Shown here: in pieces, positions 26,281 to 39,884 of the stretch
How the letters are laid out: every line of letters starts with the position of its first letter
How positions within the stretch are numbered: the first letter of the stretch is position 1
NCBI RefSeq assembly: GCF_963921235.1
Contig: NC_086108.1
Location: 35,962,001 to 36,026,000, forward strand
DNA: 64,000 nt
Source: Mobula hypostoma
Taxonomy: Eukaryota
Direction: 5' to 3'
The notes under the pieces: model-generated
Databases searched by the model: none
Told to the model about the DNA's origin: nothing
The model's input: only the letters and a program-made list of their open reading frames with translations
Program-made: the position numbers and the translations under genes

Positions 26281-28516
26281 AACTCCTTTGATTACCATCA
26301 TTTATTAATTACAAAATCATTGTAAAAGGCAAGAAAGGTTGTTGAACTGAGTAGCATGAGACTTTCAAAATTTCAGTGACGAGAAATGGGCAGTAGTTTT
26401 TGAGGTAGCAACACCACATCAAATTACCCCATGTCAACCTGATAAAGTAAATTCTACGTCAAAAAAACAGCCAAAATGACAAAATAAAACCTTAAAGTTA
26501 AAGATAACCCTATTCACTGCATACTGTTTAAGATAACTTGACTTTGTTAAGATAACAGTTCCGCACTATAGTTTATTTAAATGCCCTCATATCAACTTTG
26601 GAAGGGCAGCTGGAAGTCTAAAAATAATCAGAAAATACTGGATATACTCTTCAGGTCAGGCAGAATAAACCAACTTTACACTTCTGGTCAAAGTCCCTTT
26701 GTCGGAATGGAAATATGAGAAATAATTTAATTTCTAATTACAAGAAAGGTGGGAGAAGAGTGGATATTACAAAGGGAAAATCTATGATAGGATGAGATAA
26801 AGGTTGCAGTGGAGATTATTTTTAAAAAGTTTGATTAATTAGGTAGACAGAAAAAAGGGACAAGCAAAAGTTCTGAAATGCAGATCAAATCTAGAGTAGA
26901 TAGTGAGAAAGAGAATTTCAGAAATGTGAGTTATTTTGTAAAAATTTAGTTCTTATGTGAACATCTACTAGATCATTTAATATCTATGAAGAGCCAAAAA
27001 AAAATTACAAATGGATAACCTCACAACAGAACTAACCAGTTCTGATACAATGAGGGAGACAAGGTTATTTGAAGTTGTTCAATTTGATACTGAATCCTGA
27101 CAGCTGCTATGTGCCTAGACAGAAGATGAGGTGCTGTTCCTGAAGGTCACATTGGATCTTACTGGAACAGTACAGAAGATCACAGATAGATAGATCAGAA
27201 CTGAAGTAGGAAGAAGAATTAAAATGACAGGCAGCCAGAAAGTCAAAATCACCTGTATATTGGATTGACTTTATTTCTTACATCCTAAACATACGTGAGG
27301 AGTAAAAATCTTTACGTTACCTCGCCATCTGAATGTGCAATAGGCAAATTATCGTATTTTGTAATAAATAGTATGTACATTAAGATATGCAACAGAACAG
27401 TCAATAGAGCTTAGAAATACAGTTGTGTCAGCATGAATTAATCAGTCTGATGGCCTGGTGGAAGAAGCTGGCCCGGAGCCTGTTGGTCCTGGCTTTAATG
27501 CTGCAGTACCATTTCCTGGATGATAGCAGCTGAAACAGTTTGTGGTTAGGGTGATTCGGATTCCCAATGGTCCTTCGGGCCCTTTTACGCGCCTGACGCT
27601 GTAAATGTCCTGAATAGTGGGAAGTTCACATCCACAGATGCAGTGGGCTATCCACGCCACTCTTTGCAGAATCCTGTGATTGAGGGAGGTACAGTTCCCA
27701 TACCAGGCAGTGATACAGCCAGTCAGGATGCTCTCAACTGTGGCCCTGTAGAAAGTCATTTTGTGGACTCATGCCAAACTTCTTCAAACTGTCTGAGGTG
27801 AAAGAGGGTTGACGTGAATTTTTCGCCACACAGCCAATATGTACAGATTAAGTGAGGTCCTCAGTAATGTGTAAACCGAGGAACTTGAAACTGTTTACCC
27901 TCTCAATCCCAGATCTGTTGATGTCAATAGAAGTTAGCCTGTCTCCATTCCTCCTGTAGTCCACAATCAGCTCCATTGAGGGAGAGGTTGTTTTCTTGAC
28001 ACTGCTGTGTCAGGGTGATGACTTCTCTGTAGACTGCCTTATTATTAAATGTAGTATCATCTGCAAATTTAATTAGCAGTTTGGATATGTGGGTGCGACA
28101 CAGTCATGGGTGTATAGAGAGTAAAGGAGGGGGATTAGGACACAGACCAGAGGGGCTCCTGTGTTGAGGGTCAGAGAGGCAGAGGTGAGGGAGCCCACTC
28201 TTATCATCCGCCGACAATCTGACAGGAATTTCAGGATCCAGTTACACAAGGGAGGGTGAAGGCTGAGGTCTCTGAGCTTCTTGTCAAGCCTGGAAGGAAT
28301 TATGGTGTTGAATACTGAACTGTAGTCCAAGAACAGCATTCTCACATAAGCATCCCTCCTCTTCAGATGTGTAAGGATGGTGTGTAGAGCTGTGGCTATT
28401 GCATCACCTGTTGATCAGTTGTGTAGGTAGGCAAATTGTAGGGGGTCCAGTGTGGGTGATATCATGCTGCAGATGTAGTCCTTGAACAGCCTCTCAAAAC
28501 ATTTGCCTATTATTGA

Positions 28517-29553
28517 CGCAAACACGAGGAAATCTGCAGATGCTGGAAATTCAAGCAACACACACAAAGTGCTGGTGGAACTGCAGCAGGCCAGACAGCA
28601 TCCGTAGGAAGAGGCATAGTCAACGTTTCGGGCCATGACCCTTCGTCAGGACTAACTGAAAGAAGAGATAGTAAGAGATTTGAAAGTGGGAGGGGGTGGG
28701 GGAGATCGGAAATGATAGGAGAAGACAGGAGGGGGAGGGATAGAGCTAAGAGCTGGAAAGTTGATTGGCAAAAGGGATACGAGGCTGGAGAAGGGAGAGG
28801 ATCATGGGACGGGAGGCCTAGTGAGAAAGAAAGGGGGAGGGGAGCACCAGAGGAAGATGGAGAGCAGGCAGGGAGTTATTGAGAGAGGGACAGAGAGAGA
28901 AAAAAGAGAGAGAGAGAGAAAAAGGAAAAAATAAAAATAATAAATAAAGGTTGGAGGCTACCCAGACGGAATATATGGTGTTTTTCCTCCAACCTGAGTG
29001 TGGTTTCACCTTGACAGTAGAGGAGGCCATGGATAGACATATCAGAATGGGAATGGGACGTGGAATTAAAATGTGCAGACACTGGGAGATCCTGCTTTCT
29101 CTGGCGGACAGAGCGTAGGTGTTCAGCGAAACGGTCTCCCAGTCTGTATCGGTCTCACCCATATATAGAAGGCCACACCAGGAGCACCGGACGCAGCATA
29201 TCACACCAGGCAACTCACAGGTGAAGTGTCGCCTCACCTGGAAGGACTGTCTGGGGCCCTGAATGGTGGTAAGGGAGGAAGTGTAAGGGCATGTGTAGCA
29301 CTTGTTCCGCTTACAAGGATAAGTGCCGGGAGGGAGATCGGTGGGAAGGGATAGGGCGACGAATGGACAAGGATAAGTGCCTCCTGTCTTCTTCTATCAT
29401 CTTGGATCTCGCCCTCCCCCTCCCACTTTCAAATCTCTTACTTTTTCTTCTTTCAGTTAGTCCTGACGAGGGGTCTCAGCCCAAAACGTCGACTGTGCTT
29501 CTTCCTATGGTTGCTGTCTGGCCTGCTGCGTTCCACCAGCAGTTTGTGTGTGT
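28517..29553 (-). mobile_element. Penelope-like insert (GIY-YIG 3' part) with inverted pLTR
   Basis: FTCE..GVI..C.WCGLLYMGET remnant; inverted terminal copies; TSD TGC(C/T)TATTATTGA at 28504-28516 and 29554-29566. Confidence 0.88.
28617..28654 (-). ncRNA. Minimal type I hammerhead ribozyme motif
   Basis: uaguc-CUGACGA-agggucauggccc-GAAAC-GUU-gacua: intact core, 5-bp stem I, GGG/CCC stem II. Confidence 0.75.
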
Positions 29554-29884
29554 TGCTTATTATTGAGGTCAGTGTGACAGGATGCCAGTCATTCCAACAT
29601 GTTACCTTGGTCTTTTTAGGTACAGGGACAATGGTGGATGTTTTGAAGCAGGAGGGCACTCTGCACTGGGAGAGGGAGAGGGAGAGGTTAAAAATGTCTG
29701 TAAGCACACGAGCCAGCTGAGCCGTGCACACCCTGAGTACCCTCCCTGGAATGCCGTCTGGTCCCGCAGCCTTGCGGCTGTTCACTTGGAAACCCTTACG
29801 TACTTCAGCCTCAGAGATAACCAAGGTGCAGGTTGCATCGGGGGCTCCGAGTTGGCGACATCAAACAGAGCGTGAGAAAGAGTT

Positions 29885-30010
29885 CAAATCTCTTACTATC
29901 TCTTCTTTCAGTTAGTCCTGACAAAGGGTCCAGGCCCAAAACGTCAACTGTACCTCTTCCTATAGATGCTGCCTGGCCTGCTTCGTTCACCAGCGTTTTT
30001 TGTGTGTGTT
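29885..30010 (+). mobile_element. Solo Penelope pLTR fragment
   Basis: Same pLTR sequence as neighbouring copies; perfect 13-bp TSD GTGAGAAAGAGTT at 29872-29884 and 30011-30023. Confidence 0.85.
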
Positions 30011-32429
30011 GTGAGAAAGAGTTAGCTCATTTTAGAGAAAGGCAGCATCATTGGCAGTACCGCTGCATTTAGCTTTGAAGACCTTACCATAAGGTGTTGC
30101 TGGTGGAGAGTTGTGTCTGGATCTTGTCCCTGTATTGTCATTTCCCTGCCTTAATGACTTGGCGTAGATTCCAGATGCACTTCTTGAGTTCCTAGTGGTT
30201 ACCAATGGCGCAAGTTCTGTCTTGCACGATGAGTACAGCGCACAAGCAACTGTTGACCCAGGGTTTCTAGTTTGGATAGACCCTGACTGATTTTAGGGGA
30301 CAACGTCCTCGATGCACTTCCAGATGAAGCTCGTGACCTCTTCTGCAAACTCAGAGATATCCTCATCATGAAAGACATTCCAGTTGATGTCATCAAAGCA
30401 GTCCTGCAGCATGGAAACTGATTGGTCAGTGGACGGTTTTAATTATGGCCACCTCTTGTTTCGGCTTCTGCCTGTACACGGGCAGAAGCAGGATGCAGGA
30501 GTGATCAGACTTCCCAAACAGTGGACGGACGGAGGAGTGCTTTGAAAGTATTGCAGAAGAGAGAGTAGCAATGGTCAAGTATACTATCTCCCCTTGTGCT
30601 CACCTGGATGTGTTGACAAAACTTCAGAGAGACTTTAGTCAATGATGCTTGATTAAAGTCTCCAGTGACAATGATGCAGCCTCCAGGTGTACAATCTCCA
30701 AGGTGCAGATGGTCTCATACAATTCCTTGATAGCCAGGTCAATATCAGACTGCTCTGGAATATACACAGATTTGATAATAACAGCCGTGAACTCTCTAGG
30801 CAGCCAGAAAGGTCCACACAGCAGCACAAAGTACTCCAGATACAGGGAACAAAAGGATTTGAAGGCATGCACATTCTGGGGGATGCACCAAGCATATTGA
30901 TCATGAACAGACCTAACCTCCTCTACCCTTCCCAGAGAGCTAAATTGAAGTGTTCCACAAAGCACCCATTTGTTACTGCACTACTCCTGCCCTGTTTTGG
31001 AACTCCAACATTTGTATCCCAATTTTGATGCTCCAGTTTGATTACTCCAGTTTTAACAATCCTATTCTTGGATTTTTTTTTCGCTATACTATTTACGTGC
31101 TCCTTTTTGAGGCTTCTTATTTCAGTCTCCTGTTTGGCTTCTCTTGATTTCAGAACTCCCAATTGCTGTCTGCAGAATCCTTTTTGAGTATTTGACCTTC
31201 TTGTTTGCATATTCCAGATTAGGTTCTGCTGTTTTGAAGCACCCAGTTAGGTCCACATGTTCAGATACTACGATTTTGGTACTCCATTTTGAGATTTCAC
31301 TGCTTTGGCCCTCCTGCCCCAGCGCTCTTGTTTGGTTGCTTCAGCACTTCTGTTTCAGCAGTTTCAACTGGGCATTCGTTTTTCTGCACTCCTCTTTGGA
31401 ACTCCTACTTGGATACTCTTCTTACTATGCTTCTGTTCAGGGATTGTAGCTTTGGCTCTCTAGTTTCAGTTCTCCCATTTGGACATGAGCATTCCTGATT
31501 CTGTGTCCCAATTTGTTAGTACCTAGTTGGTACTCCTCACTCAGCACTCCTTTTTAAGTTCTTCCATTTTGGCATATTTCAATTTCTCCAGTGTAGACCA
31601 AAACACGGATGAAAAACTAAATGCAATGCACCAGCTTGAAAGAAATCCAAGTGAATGGGTGCTTCAAGATTCCTGGATGATGAGAAGTGATAAACCAAGA
31701 GACCAGGTGTTGCAGCTCTTGCGATTGGATTGGAGAGTTATCTGAGAAAAGGATTTGGAAGATAGAAGACCAAAGAATCCACTTGGAATGCTGAGAAGAG
31801 AAGGGAGGTGAAGAATCGTCATAGTGATGGAATCTCAGTGAAGTTAGGGAAAATTCTGAAGAATGATCTATTGAATGCAGAGTTTGATGGGATGGAAAGT
31901 ACTGTCAATCTGAAAAAAAATAGAAAATGGTGAAATTGCTCAGCAATTGAAATAGTATCTGTGAAGAGGGACCTTGCATCAAAACTGGGAAAAATTAGAT
32001 ATGGAACACACTTGAAATTGCAGAGAAGGCAGGACAAGACAGAGAGAACAACAGGGATGTTCGATAATTTTATAGACTCTGAGAGAGTGAATGATACACA
32101 CCAGTAGTAGCAGCAGAAAGGAGGAAAGAAATGTATATCGGAAGGATATGCAAGTTGGAAGGTGCCAACGAAATCTAAAATTCATGAACATAAAAATTGC
32201 TCAGTACTGGAAATGTGGTACATGGCTGACATGTTTGATTATCTGGAACTGTTGCATTCAATATTAAATTTTGAAAGATGTAATGCACCAAGTCAGAATA
32301 GAAGGGTGCTCTACCTCCAGCTTACATTGAATTTTGCTGGAATACGAGACCAGATATAAGCAGGTCTGAGTACTACTGAAATAGACAGTTAAAGTAACAG
32401 CTAACTTAAGCTCAGGATCATTTTTGTAA

Positions 32430-33415
32430 ACTCTGTGAGCTCAGCCCGCTGCTGTTCACATTACTGATGCATGACTGTGTCACAGGATCCATTTCCAACC
32501 GTGACATCAAGTTTGCGGATGACACAGCAGTGGTTGGCCTTATCAAGAAAGATGACAAGATAGAGAAGAGGCGGAGTGGGTGGTGGATTGGTGTGAGAAG
32601 ACCAAACAAAGCCTGAACATGGAGAAGACAAAGGAAATCATTGTGGACTTCAGGAAGGTGCAGACAAACCGTCCTTCTCCGTGAATACATGGCTTCTCCT
32701 CAGAGAGAGTTAAGTGCACCAAGTTCCTGGGAGTTCACATCACAGATGACCACATCTGGTCCCTTAATATCTCCTCCCTGAACAAGAAGGCTCACCACTG
32801 CCTCCACTTTCAAAGAAGATGGAGGAAAGCAAGGTTTCCAACCTTCCATCTTAACTGTGTTTTACAGGAGCACCATTGAGAGTGCGCTGACAAGTTGAAT
32901 CTCCATCTAGTATGGGAGCAGTTGAACGTTGGACCAGAAGTCCCTACAAAGGACTGTGAGAACAGCTGAGAGGATCATAGGGATCTTCCTACTCTCCATC
33001 GGGAACATTTATCAGGAGCGCTGCATACGCAGGGCCCTTGGTATTATAAAGGATCCCACCCATCCATCCAGAATCCTCTTTGACTTTCTAACATTAGACT
33101 ATGATACATAAAAACGAGAACAGTCAGGATGAGGAACATTTTCCATTGGGCTTCTGAATTCCCTGCTGTATCATATTCAAGGTGTCAGTGGTTAATCTGT
33201 TCCGTAGCTTGGAATATTCAATATTAATGCACTTTAGTTTGTTATTTGTGTGTGATTCATCTGTAGATTTTATCCTTACCTTCATAAGTTATCATGTGTT
33301 ATGTGTACCTCAGTGCTTAACACCCTGATTCAAAGAAATGTTGTCTCGTTTCTATATACATTTTATGATAATATACATGTATATAGTTAAATGACAGTAA
33401 ACTTGACGACTTGAA
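32430..33415 (+). mobile_element. Rex1-like LINE 3' portion
   Basis: KFADDTAVVGLI and LQRTVRTAERIIG remnants; (ACTTG)-type tail. Confidence 0.78.
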
Positions 33416-33884
33416 ACTGAACAGAGAAGTTCAGTGATGCATTCACATTGTGTTTGACTTCTTTAAAGTAGAGGAGATTATATCAAGAGCATGTAGAACA
33501 TTAAACTGAAAGTACCGATAATGGTTGCTGTGCTGAAAGGGACTTTTGGGTCATTGAAGGACAGGAAGAGAGATGGTAAAACAGCAGTTTTTGCACTTTT
33601 TGTGATTGCATGGGAAGATGCAAGGAGAAAAGGAATAGATGGTGATCAACAATGGAAGAGTAGATCATAATAGTGCAGAGGAAAGAGATCCTGTGACAAG
33701 CTGAAAGGGGGGTGGTGATAAAGTTGCACCTTCTAGGTATCAAGTTCCAGAAAACACCTTTACTGGGTAGAGAGGAGGCTCAATTCTACCAATGTTTCGA
33801 GAATAATAAAATCTGTCCACCTTTCTTAGCAATCACCTTAGCTAACGGCTGATTTTCAGAGCCAAGGCAGTTTTTAATTTACCG

Positions 33885-35110
33885 GGGTTACCAAGAAAGT
33901 AGATGAAGGAAAGGCTGTGGATGTTGTCTACATGGCCTTTAGTAAGGCCTTTGACAAGGTCCCACATGGGCAGTTAGTTCAGAAGGTTCAGACACTAGGT
34001 ATCCATGGAGGGGTTGTAAACTGGATTCGAAATTGGCTGTGTGGGAGAAGACAGAGAGTGATAGTGGGTGATTGCTTCTCAGACTGGAGGCCTGTGACTA
34101 GTGGTGTGCCTCAGGGATCTGTGCTGGGACCATTGTTGTTTGTTGTCTATATCAATGATCTAGATGATAATGTGGTAAATTGGATCAGCAAGTTTGCTGA
34201 TGACACTAAGATTGGAGGCGTTGTTGACAGCGAGGAAGGCTTTCAAAGCTTGCAGAGGGATCTGGACCAACTGGAAAAAATGGGCTAGAAAATGGCAGAT
34301 GAAATTTAATGCAGACAAGTGTGAGGTGTTGCCTTTTGGAAGGACAAATCACAGGACATACACAGTAAATGGTAGAGCACTGAGGAGTGCGGAGGAACAG
34401 AGGGATCTGGGAGTTCAGATATATAATTCCTTGAAAGTAGCGTCACAGGTAGACAGGGTTGTGAAGAAGGCTTTTGGCATCCTGGCATTCATAAATCAAA
34501 GTATTGAGTATAGGAGTTGGGATGATATGGTGAGGTTGTATAAGACATTGGTGAGGCCAAATTTGGAGTATTGTGTTCAGTTCTGATCACCTAACTATAG
34601 GAAGAATATCAGTAAGATTGAAAGAGTGCAGAGAAGATTTACTAGGATGTTCCCGGGTCTTCAAGAGTTGAGTTACAGGGAAAGATTGAACAGGTTAGGA
34701 CTTCATTCCTTGGAGTGTAGAAGAATGAGGGGGGATTTAATAGAGGTTTACAAAATTATGAGGGGTATGGACAGAGTAAATGTGAAAAGGCTCTTTCCAC
34801 TTAGATTAGGAGAGACAAATACGAGAGGACATGGCTTTAGGGTGAAAGGGGAAAGGTTTAGGGGGAACATTAGGGGGAACTTCTTCACTCAGAGAGTGGT
34901 GGGAGTGTGGAACGAGCTGCCATGTGATGTGGTAAATGGGGGCTCACTCTTAAGTTTTAAGAATAAATTGGATAGATACATGGGTGGGAGAGGTCTGGAG
35001 GGTTACAGACTGGGTGCAGGTCAATGGGACTAGCGGAATAAAGTTTTGGCGCAGACTAGAAGGGCCGATGGCCTGTTTTCTGTGCTGTAGTGTTCTATGG
35101 TTCTATGGTT
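33885..35110 (+). mobile_element. 5'-truncated CR1 LINE
   Basis: FSKAFDKVPH, GVPQGSVLGP, KFADD, LVRPNLEYCVQF; (TTCTATGG)n tail. Confidence 0.92.
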
Positions 35111-35975
35111 TTAAGTCATTCCAGTTCAGTTTTTGAACAATTATTTGCTTGCAGGTTGAAAATCGCTCTTCTTTTCTTAAGCGCAGAAAGAAAACCAAGT
35201 ATAAACATAGTTAAATGAATCTACTATCAAGATGGCACAAGTATAATTGTGTACTTCTATGTCCCAATCAGTGTCTGATCAGATGTTGAGATTGTGCTGG
35301 AAGTACAGTTATAAAATAACGTCAATCACCATCAATCTCCTTTCCATTGCTAATTCGAATTACTTGAATCCTCACCTCAATACAAGCCGAATAATTAAAA
35401 GTAAGATTATTGTGCAAGAAATGTAAGAACAATTTTCCCTCAGGATTACAGCAATATTTGACTGAGTAAGGTGGAGCAAGAAGACAAAAAAAATCTTGTC
35501 TCTACCTCCAGTACAGTACCGAGGGAGAATTAACTGGCAGATCTGCCATATTTTGAATGGGAGATTAAAATGAAGCCCACCCCTCCCCGCATCTGTGCGC
35601 TTTCAGGTAGATATAGAAAATCCTGTGGCATTACTGTACTTCTAAACAAAAAGCAACAGAAGTACAACTTGCATCCTAGTTAGCATTTATCTCATTTATC
35701 TTTCCTTCAACAACACTAAAACAGATTACATAGTCATTATCACATTCCTGTTTATAAAACCTATCCATGTGCAAATTAGTTGCTGTTTAATTCATTGTAG
35801 GAGTAACTATGCTAAACTGTGTTAGAACAAAATACAACTGTATTTTCCCTTTTCTTAAACACTGCAAAAACTGGTGTAAATGACAGATAATCAAAAGATC
35901 AATCAGAAGCTGAAGCCAAACTGACACAACCAAATCTTGTCTTTGAACAAAGCAAATTCCTTAATCAGCACCAGT

Positions 35976-36985
35976 GTCCACACTACGCCGGATAATTTTG
36001 AAGACGAAGCTTTTTCTCTTAGTTTTGCCCTCCCGTCCACACCGAGCCGGCGTTTTCAGCCCCCGAAAACCGAGATTTTCGAAAACACTCTCCAGAGTGA
36101 ATAAATCTGAAAACGCTAAATATCCGGCGTAGTGTCTACCGGGTAAACGGAGAGATTTAAAAACGTTGTCATGACAACACCACAACAACAATGCTTTTTT
36201 TTCTGCTTCTGCTTGGTACTGCGCAAGCTGTTATAACGTGCAGTCGGAGTGAACGGCGTAAGAGTTAAACTGTAAAGTGAGCTTTTTTGACTATTTAAAA
36301 ACGCTGTCATGACGTGCCGGAACAGATGTTCGTTGTTTTCTTGAACGCCACCACCTAACAATTTCAGAACAGACGGACTAGACTGAAGCCAGAAGGGTTA
36401 GAAATGTACTCACCAAATACTTTGACCCATAGCTTACTGAATAAATAAGTATAGTCACTTCGCCCTGTTTTCTGTCCTTGGCTGTGCGAAGGTGGTTTAC
36501 CTATTTATGCAAGTACTTCTCTGACAATAGATGTGTAACAGCCCAATGTAACATTGTATGGAAATACAAGATAACACTGATGCAGACGTTTTATACATTT
36601 AACAAGGTGCTTTATTAATGCAACAGAGTTAGTCAGTTTTTCAATGTTCGTCGTCAGCTGGGTCATACTGTCCGTGAACTCGCTGTCGGTTGCCTCCATA
36701 CGCTCCAGTATTTGTTTTTTTTTAAGTTTTAAGTCCTCCTGCGCGAGAGCCAAGAGCAATTCTTTTTAAGTTTTTCTACTCTGTAACTGGACAAACACGC
36801 ACCAAGTATATCGTTTCCTCTTCACTTGTTTTCTGTGTGTGTGTCCTGCGCATGCCCAGTAGGAGGAGATTCGCCCAAATATCCGTTTAATGTGGACGGA
36901 GATGTTTTGAAAAAACACTTAGTGTGAACGCCTGTCGTTTTTACTCGAAACCGGCGTTTTCAAAATTATCCGGCGTAGTGTGGAC
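35976..36985. mobile_element. Non-autonomous TIR DNA transposon, PIF/Harbinger-like
   Basis: Perfect 27-bp inverted repeat GTCCACACTACGCCGGATAATTTTGAA (35976-36002, 36959-36985), subterminal repeats, CpG-rich. Confidence 0.8.
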
Positions 36986-37014
36986 GTATTTTTAACCGAA
37001 GAAATAAAATAAAA

Positions 37015-38290
37015 TAACCCAACAATTACAGCAGGCCTCGAAGCAATGAAGGTCATGAGTTCGAGCCCCAGCCGAGGCAGCGTGTTGTGTCTTTGAGCAG
37101 GGCACTTAATCACACATTGCTCTGCGATGACACTGGTGCCAAGCTGTATGGGTCCTAATGCCCTTCCCTTGGACGATATCAGTGTCGTGGAGAGGGGAGA
37201 CTTGCAGCATGGGCAACTGCTAGTCTTCCATACAACCTTGCCCAGGCCTGTGCCCTGGAGAGTGAAGACTTTCCAGGCGCAGATCCATGGTCTTGCAAGA
37301 TTAACGGATGCCTCGAAGCAATGAAGCAGTATTATGAAAAATGGTCTCTGAACCCAAATCTATCAAAAACTCAAGTGTGTTATTCCACCTGAGTAATCGA
37401 GAAGCAGCTCGGAAACTCAAGATCTTCTGGTGTGGGAAGGAGCACGAACACCATCCGACTCCAATTTACCTGGGCGTGACACTGGATAGGACGTTCTCAT
37501 TTGCCACCCACATCCAAAAACTCCGAGGGAAAGTTGGCCCTCGCAATTCTCTCTTGGAAAAAAAAGGCAGGCACGAAATGGGGAACTAATGCTTACACAC
37601 TTAGATCAACTGCCCTCGCACTCTGCTATGCACCTGCAGAATACTGTACACCTGTGTGGGGCAGATCAGCCCATGCAAAGAAAATAGACCAGTTGCTTAA
37701 CGAAGCCTGCCCAATAATCACGGGCACACTGCGCCCCACACCCCCTAACATCATTTACAGACTCGCAAGCATTGCTCCCCCAGAGATCCGAAGACACATC
37801 ACAACAAAAATTGAAAAAGGTAAACAGAACTCGGATTCACGGAACCCACTACATCATCATGTGCCAATTTCCAACCGCCTAAAATCGAGGAAAAACTTTG
37901 CTACAGTAGAGGAACTACCACACGGAACATCCCCCCCACCCCCAAACATACTAGATTGACCTCTGGCAACAAACGGAAGCCAGAACCCCACCAAACAATA
38001 CAGTGCAAGACCCCACAGAAATGTTAGCAGACGGGGCACTGCTTGACAGACGGAAGTGGTGCACTCTCAACAGAGCGAGAGCAGGAGTTTGTAGGACGGG
38101 AAGTGGTGAAGTGGGGTTTAAAGACCAGCGAATCCTGTGAATGTGGCGAAAGGGTGTAGAACATTGAACACGTTCTGCGCAACTGTCCACTCTCACCTGA
38201 TTTAGCTGACACTGACCTGCTCTGACAACTCTGGAGTGGCTGGCTGTCTGGTGTGGCAAACTGTGACGATGACCCAATGATTTAAATGAC
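37015..38290 (+). mobile_element. Vingi/Ingi-like LINE 3' portion
   Basis: YLGVTLDRTFSF..HI, AGTKWG..AYTLRSTALALCYAPAEYC.PVW, IITGTLRPTP, IAPPEIRR; C-terminal C-x-C-G...H...C remnant. Confidence 0.75.
37052..37309 (+). mobile_element. 5'-truncated tRNA-derived SINE nested in the Vingi-like LINE
   Basis: B box GTTCGAGCC and the same core as the 18.4-kb SINE; perfect 17-bp TSD GCCTCGAAGCAATGAAG (37035-37051, 37310-37326). Confidence 0.85.
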
Positions 38291-38749
38291 TCCGAGCACA
38301 GAGCCATTCCATACTTTGATACAATATCTTCTGGATGTTGAAAATTGTTGATGGCTTCACGTGGATGGACAGCACCTGCTTCTTCCACAATATCACCTGA
38401 AAATAACAATATTGTGGAATAGAGTAGCACCACTCCCCCTTCTTTTTTATCCTGTCCTTACTGTTCTTTACAATCTCCCTTCCTGTTGTGAAAAGCATTA
38501 TATAAGTACTTCCTCGTCCTTTTAAAATACAGCGCCAGGGGAGAAGAAAAAATCATCCATAAACTGTTTGGTTGGGATTGTGATATAAAACCTGAAAGTA
38601 AACTACGGTGGATTGTGGGAATCTAAACCAAAATAATGAAAATTCGTAGTAGGTCAAGTTACATCTATGATAAATAAACATGATTGATTTATTAATGTAA
38701 ATACCAGCAAACTAGAGCGAAACTAAGTGTAGCCCAGCAGCAATGATCT

Positions 38750-39160
38750 TTTCAGCGCTGCAGTACAGGCTGTTTTGGGTCAGGGATGTATTTCCCTTGT
38801 AGCCACGGGTGGCGCTACGGAGCCAGGAGAGTGGAGAAGCCGATTGGCTAGCGATGACATCAGGGGGAGCGGGGAGCCCGGATGTTGCTGTGGTAACGGA
38901 CTGTGGCGGCGGCGGAGATTTTCTTTTCTTTTTTGTGTTTTCGTGTTTACGGGAGGCGGTGTCATCGCTGAGAGCTTGTAACATGGAGGTAACTGCAGTG
39001 TTTGCCTTACGAAGGGGGAGAGTTAACTAGTTTAGTCAGGATTTAGCATCCCCCTTTCCCCGTCCGTGGACACAGGCGTTTACGGTGATGGACGCCTGGG
39101 TGGAGGGAGGCCTACTGCTGGTCGCACATTGCAATTCGCTTCAGACCCACGCTGAATATG
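38750..39160 (+). promoter_or_regulatory. CpG-rich promoter and putative first exon of RO60
   Basis: Non-repetitive CpG-rich patch with an inverted CCAAT (ATTGG, 38843-38847), CRE-like TGACATCA (38855-38862) and RFX X-box GTTGCTGTGGTAAC (38884-38897), followed by ATGGAG|gtaact. Confidence 0.7.
38983..38988 (+). CDS. RO60: Putative RO60 initiator mini-CDS (Met-Glu) at the end of exon 1
   Basis: aacATGGAG has a strong Kozak context and is followed directly by a GT donor in phase 0, matching the phase-0 acceptor at 46540. Confidence 0.65.
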
Positions 39161-39884
39161 TCATCACAGATCTCTGTGCTGCATAATTGCCTGCAACTCC
39201 TCTTAAACTGAGCAGTCCATCATTCACCGCCTTGATTTTAAGTACGTAAATTAGTTTTACTTGATAACAGCAATTTTGGACCATTTACCATTATTTCGCC
39301 TTTGCCGACCGAAACGTATCATTACGTACTTTATCTTAAGTAATGCCTACGAAATTTACGCCCAACAATATTAAGTTCGAAATTACATCATGGATTGGTT
39401 CAAAGATTGTACTAGCACCTTGTAAATTATTATAGTATATTGAGGTTTATGTTTACACTGTTTAGTAAAATGCAGACAACAAGAGAACGTACAGTACAGG
39501 AACATACATACAGCCCTTAATGTTTGTGCCGAACTAACTAAATTACTCATTAAATGCCTAGATAAACCCTTCTACCTACACAATGACCTTGTCCTTCATT
39601 TCTTGTACATCATGCCTACCTAATTTAAACACCCTCTCATATTTGCCTCATCCATCACCTCTGGCAGTGCATTCCAGTCAATCAACATGCTTTTAAAAAA
39701 AACTTGGCCTGCACATCTCCTTTGAACTTAACCTCTCACCTTGAAGGTAGGTCTTCTGGTATTAGATATTTCAACCCTGGGGTAAAATGATGCTGGCTGT
39801 CACTCTATCACAATCTTATAAACCTCTAATCAGATCTCCCTTCAGCCTTCACTTTACTAGAGAAAACAACCTAAGTTTGTCCAA

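Larger units (their letters stand above)
27262..30915 (-). mobile_element. Rex1/Babar-like LINE, degenerate, interrupted by Penelope-like inserts
   Basis: RKAAGPDGIPGRVLR, FKTSTIVPVPKK, LDPLQFAY, RMLFLDYSS.FNTI, FYRATVESILTGCITAWYG. Confidence 0.85.

Noticed and set aside
25674..26291. Several overlapping 98-157 aa ORFs
   Set aside because: Stop-poor GC-rich island; only the 76-nt UCHL5 exon has recognisable homology.
30920..31600. Possible host exon (95-aa minus-strand ORF)
   Set aside because: Looks more like a decayed L1 ORF1 remnant (RIV...VGVP); no clear splice context.
38800..38818. CTCF-like site GCCACGGGTGGCGCTA
   Set aside because: The 5' half matches the consensus poorly; not supportable without a PWM scan or ChIP data.
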